Assembly (NCBI GenBank): GCA_013115145.1
Contig: JAAPAO010000099.1
Span: forward strand, 1-64,000
DNA: 64,000 nucleotides
Direction of reading: 5' to 3'
DNA from: Perkinsus chesapeaki ATCC PRA-425
Taxonomy: Eukaryota > Protista > Perkinsozoa
This document shows, piece after piece, positions 59,301-64,000 of this stretch (position 1 is the stretch's first letter; each line of letters opens with the position of its first letter). The position numbers were made by a program, and so were the translations under genes. The notes beneath the pieces were generated by a model. It saw only the letters and a list, made by a program, of their open reading frames with translations, was not told the origin of the DNA and did not search any database.

Positions 59301-62300
59301 TATCAGTCCGGAGTATTGTGTATGCCGGATGCATGGGGGTGTTTTCGGAGTAACATCGAATGGTGCGCGAAGTATGGGAGAATTGTCTAGTATCTACTCT
59401 GAGAAGGGCTGCTATACTATTATATATAAACTTAACCGCTACCGATACTACTACCAGCTAGTTCCCATGCCCTATAAGTAGCGTCAAGTACTGTTTTAAG
59501 TGTTGTTAGGGACTCTGTCCCATTATAGCCTGTATTATTATTTATTCAGTAGTAATAGGTGTTTATTGTTGCTTCAATGTAGGTACTCAAATAGTCTAGC
59601 AATATTGGACTACATTACTAAGAATTATTCTTCAATCTTTTCCAACCTTTTACCTAAGGAATCTGAACGGAAGGGGGACGAGGAGCATTGGCGAGAAGAG
59701 AGGAATAACGGCATTAGATTTGTAAGGGAGGGATACGCTGGGACGTTTTTACACGTGTTACATCGTTTGAATATTGCAGGTATTGGAAGTATTGGTAATG
59801 TGCCGTTTGATGCCGCCATTGGATAGGAAGGGAACCACAGATATGATGAGTAATAATTACACCGGGAAGATGGATCTACTAAGATTTCCAAATCTCTCAC
59901 TGAGCTCTCGTTGGAGGGATACCGCTGTCATACACAAGGTTTTAAACTAAGGAATATCATTACATATCTTGGAGCTCTCTTGAATCTCCCGCCGACAGGA
60001 TATTTTTAATACTGGTTTAATTGCATTTTCACGTTTTAATGCCCAACGTGAGGATGATACCATCGGGCACATCTTCACTACCGCGGATGGATGGATCAGT
60101 TTTGACCAGTATAGTTGTGTAAATCCTACCAGGGGGGCTGGTGAGCGTTTATCTACCCGAGGCTCATCTCTATGTGGTTTCATCTATACTACTTCTCAGA
60201 GCGTCCTGAAGTTTATGAATCCGTGCTCCGAGCGTGCACAGATGTGATAGCTGAAATGGATGATCTAGCCCTCGATGCTGCGGTGGAGATACTGGTTACT
60301 ATGGCCTTGGCTTGCCCTGTGGCAGTATGGGACTTCTGTGACTCTGAAGGGGGCAATACTAGTCCGGAGGAACTGGTCCAGAAGAATAGGAGTAATGGTA
60401 TAACTCATGATAAGACAACAACAACAGCACAAGGTAAGATTTAGTGTAGAGCAGTGATTTATTAATATGATATTATTATACGGATTACTATCGACGATAT
60501 AAGCTATGCAACAGGAAAATGAGCTTATTAACGATGTAAATGTTTCAGTGACCCATCAATATGTCCGTGATTTAGCATATTTATTTGGATCCAGTTGCTG
60601 TTGTCCTTACCGTTGCTTTATAATGTATTATTCTTTCAGTGGATACCCCATGTGATGACCAATCTATTCATCCCCCTCTCCCAGCCCTATTAGTTGGCCT
60701 TTTATCATCTCCTCCCAGTAACAGCAGTGTAGCTGATGAGGGCATACTGTCACAAATAAGGGATGTTATACAATTACTATTGGAGCCAGCATGTACTAGT
60801 GATGATGATGGTATTCAGGGATGATCATTAACCTGTTTAATGGTTTTAGTTTCGGATACAGTGTTAACTGAGAATCTCATGACCACCATGTATTCGGATA
60901 CAGGATTGGTAATAGGGAGAGGCAGGCTGCCGGACAATCAGTCGGTTTAGTCGGGCACTGGGGTTGTTATTAGCGAAAACCCGAGAGCCGGATAAATCCA
61001 GTTAATTTTATCAAGATTATCTCTAGTTCTACAATGTTTAGTATTCGGATCCAATGGGACAAGTTTGATTAGATATCTCTGAAAACTCACTCGGTAATAT
61101 TGCCGTTTGCCACGTACTACCTGTTATAAAGCCACAGTACATTGCCAGAGCACGCTTCTAGCTCCGTCAAATTAAACTTTTAAACAAGTAGAAGAGTTTT
61201 TCATTCAAAACCATTCATGCTTTTTTATCATCAGAAGTATGGATGTAATTCTATCCGTATGCGGTGTGAACTATGAGTCACCTAGCCTCACATAAGTGTG
61301 CTCCTAATGCCAACATACAATGGATATTCACCCGTTTGGTTAAAACCGCTAGTGTAAAACGCTTAAAGCATAGCGCTTCGCGAAACGAGTGCATTTTAAC
61401 GCAAAAAGGCGAAAAACGTTTTTTTCCAAAAAACGGTTTTCGCTTCTCGCGAAAACCAGGTGAAAATCCAATATAGATTCCGCGAGGAAATGTGTTCCTA
61501 GACAGCAGCAAGGAACCCTAGGAGCAGGGAGTCATTTGTGTCTCCCTGCTCTTAAAGTGTTGTTACTAACTTGTAGCAGTAGCAGCAGCAGTATTGGTGA
61601 TAATACTGTATCGTCGTGTCTTGTAGGTATCAACCTTGTTAAGAGTCCTTGCTAATCCAACGGGGAGGCAGCCTTATGGTATATGTGCATGTTATGAGTT
61701 ATTAAGTTACTGTGTTAGAGTGCATAAGAGTAATACTCGATAATATAGGCTAATATTTCACGTTATATTTCAGCGGGTCGAGCGAGGTATCTATTGAGTC
61801 ACCGTCTAGGCCAAGTTGTTGATTATGTAACAAGAAATGTTAGGAATCTCGAAACAGATCTATCTGCTCCCAAGACGGTAATAAGGGACTAATAATTGTC
61901 CTATATTCTTCTTCTTCTTTAAGGTTGTCGTTGCTGGTCTCCGTTTCGTCCTTTCGGTACTATATACCAAAGTAGGATGAACGAGGGGTGGGGCTACTGG
62001 ATATTACTGGGCTATCAGGATCCGATATTTGCCCCAAGTCTGGAAGGGATAATACCAGCAGTGTTGGAGTACCTGCATAATCGACAAGAGACCGCTCGTT
62101 CAGGAGGTTTGATACCAAATCTATGCCTTGGCATAGTATATGAAATTAGAAATATTGAATCGGTAGTAATATTAGGGAAGGTGCTGCTGCTGCTGTGGTT
62201 TCCGGTTTGAGGTTACTAGAGACTGGTCATGGAGGTTAGGTTACTAGTCTAAATTACACCCAACGGGAAGCACTAGCAGCAGCATCAACCATTCAGCCAT

Positions 62301-63837
62301 TTACACCATATTGTGTAAATTGTATTGCTCATTATTGTTATATTTCTTAATAATATTCTTGAAAATCACTGCATATTAAACTGGTAGAAGATAGAGCATT
62401 TTGTGAGGATATGCATTATAATATCAAGTGGGGTTTTCCTTACCATTCATTCCAACTATCATATTGGATAAGACATCTGGACTAAATCAAGCATAGAGTG
62501 ATCGTTCACAGGGTAGCCGGCCCCTTCTGTGGAGTTTATGGGGCAGTGACTATCAAATAATCAGTCCATATTTTCTATATAACTGCCTGACCACCCTCCG
62601 CATTTCACCAGTTATTTCAGTTACTAAGAAGTACATTACGCAATCCCAAGACCTACTCCTATCTCCAGAATCTGGACAATTCTGCAGTAGGGGGGGGGGA
62701 ATAAAGCACAGAATAGTGCACAGTGCATCTAGTGACAGAAAAACACAACAGAATGAGTGGATCTTGATCACTGCTTACTTATTCTGTTCTGATTTTTCGC
62801 TTAACGGCCCTCCATAACAATCCCCATTCGTTACGGAAGATGGAAATGTGTGAACTTAAAATAATATTTTTCCGTCTTTTTCACTTGGGTTAATTTCAAC
62901 CTTGGCCTTACGTTGTCTCTCGAATGGGACATTATATATTGTTAGATACAAAATTTAATACCTCAATCCGTTCGCATGAACCACGATGACATCCGGAATA
63001 GTGGATCAACACCAGCCACTATGGTGTCAGGGAAGTCAGATAGGTTTGGAGATGATATTGAGGAAGAACAATGGTTTGAATCGGATGATGAGGAAGATGC
63101 GGTTAGTGGATCTGATGAGGGAAGGAAGGTACTGGATCAGGGGAGGGAAGCATTTCTGGAACCGGTTCGCGTGCACCTATATAGTGAGCAAACCGAGAAA
63201 AGTGGGTCGCCGTCCTTTTCTATTGAGCTGGTATGACATAGAGTGATATGTGTTCTATGCTATTACTAATAATGGCATCTCAGTTATAATGGTCCATTAT
63301 AGTAAGTGTGGTAATAGATGTACCCATGTTATATAGGTGTGTATATATTATACATTACAGCACTCATAATGGATATAACATCTCATTTTATTCCAGACAT
63401 CATCATCGTCGGGGGAAAGAGGAAGGAATTACTTCCAAGACTCCCCAAGACCAACTAAGAAGACTTCTGGATCTATATTGGCATCACCTATAGAGGAGAG
63501 GCGGACACCAAGGAAGAACTCTAATGCAGTTGCTAGTCTATTGGAACAGTAATAATTTGCGATATGGATAAGAGCTTTATAAGGGGGATACTATGCAGCT
63601 ATTGACGGGAGAGTTGTGGTTCATAAGTTTTGGTATGGGCTTCCCAGTCGTCTGTATTTCAGGTATCTGGAGGATATAGATGCTGATGAGGATGGTATGA
63701 TTGGGCAACAGCAACCCAGTAAAAGATTGAGGATGTCATTTGATGAAAATGATGATGATGAATTCAATGCTTCATTGAAGGTGGCCCCTAATGAGCATCA
63801 TCATCATCAACAAGAAGGACAAGGAGTAAGTTTATAG
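56356..63837 (+). CDS. PPP4R3: Protein phosphatase 4 regulatory subunit 3 (SMEK/PSY2), many introns
   Basis: EVH1-like RRAKV/YSLDVGGTWVDRGTG, SILIWTE, DIAISFQDRAGAIQIWNMIQEV; SMK-1 domain DILGMLEHD, VHLNYRIGYLRDSVL; LLSYCVRVH; acidic C-terminus. Confidence 0.88.
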
Positions 63838-64000
63838 TAAGGTGCTGCTTGCGTCCATTGCTAAGCTTTAGGAGCATTCTCTGCAATTTGTGGGCAACCT
63901 GCCAACTCTGGTCACCGAAGGCCTAGCTGTTGAGGATTCTGACTCGGAGAATGAGGGATAAGTGCAACCGTGAGTAGGTTTTAGGCTCATCAACCTTTCT

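Noticed and set aside
61522-61551. 10-bp stem hairpin as a terminator or ncRNA
   Set aside because: Isolated intronic stem with no U-tract or other support.

Overview
This is eukaryotic, intron-rich genomic DNA, most likely Perkinsus or a close alveolate. The evidence is an 18-nt exact match to the Perkinsus spliced leader, short GT-AG introns and alveolate-type FHA/RINGv genes. Recognisable host genes are a TPR protein, a TraB-domain protein, mitochondrial EF-Tu, tRNA-Gln(TTG), an FHA-RINGv-FHA protein, a protein kinase, two paralogous small putative DNA-binding proteins and PP4R3/SMEK. Mobile DNA includes a full-length 6.96-kb Ngaro-type tyrosine-recombinase retrotransposon (A1-gag-RT/RH-YR-B1-A2-B2), Harbinger, LTR and IS630/Tc1 remnants, and a probable hAT terminus. 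Two patterns stand out. (1) At least 14 stereotyped scars of the form W[1-7]+revcomp(W)+W[2-8] (W = 8 bp), or long fold-back variants of it, match hairpin-type (hAT-like, 8-bp TSD) excision footprints; two of them frameshift the retrotransposon gag and RT. (2) The reconstructed empty target site of the retrotransposon is a 49/50 reverse-complement copy of the start of its own A repeat. Exon boundaries were read by eye, so gene limits are approximate.
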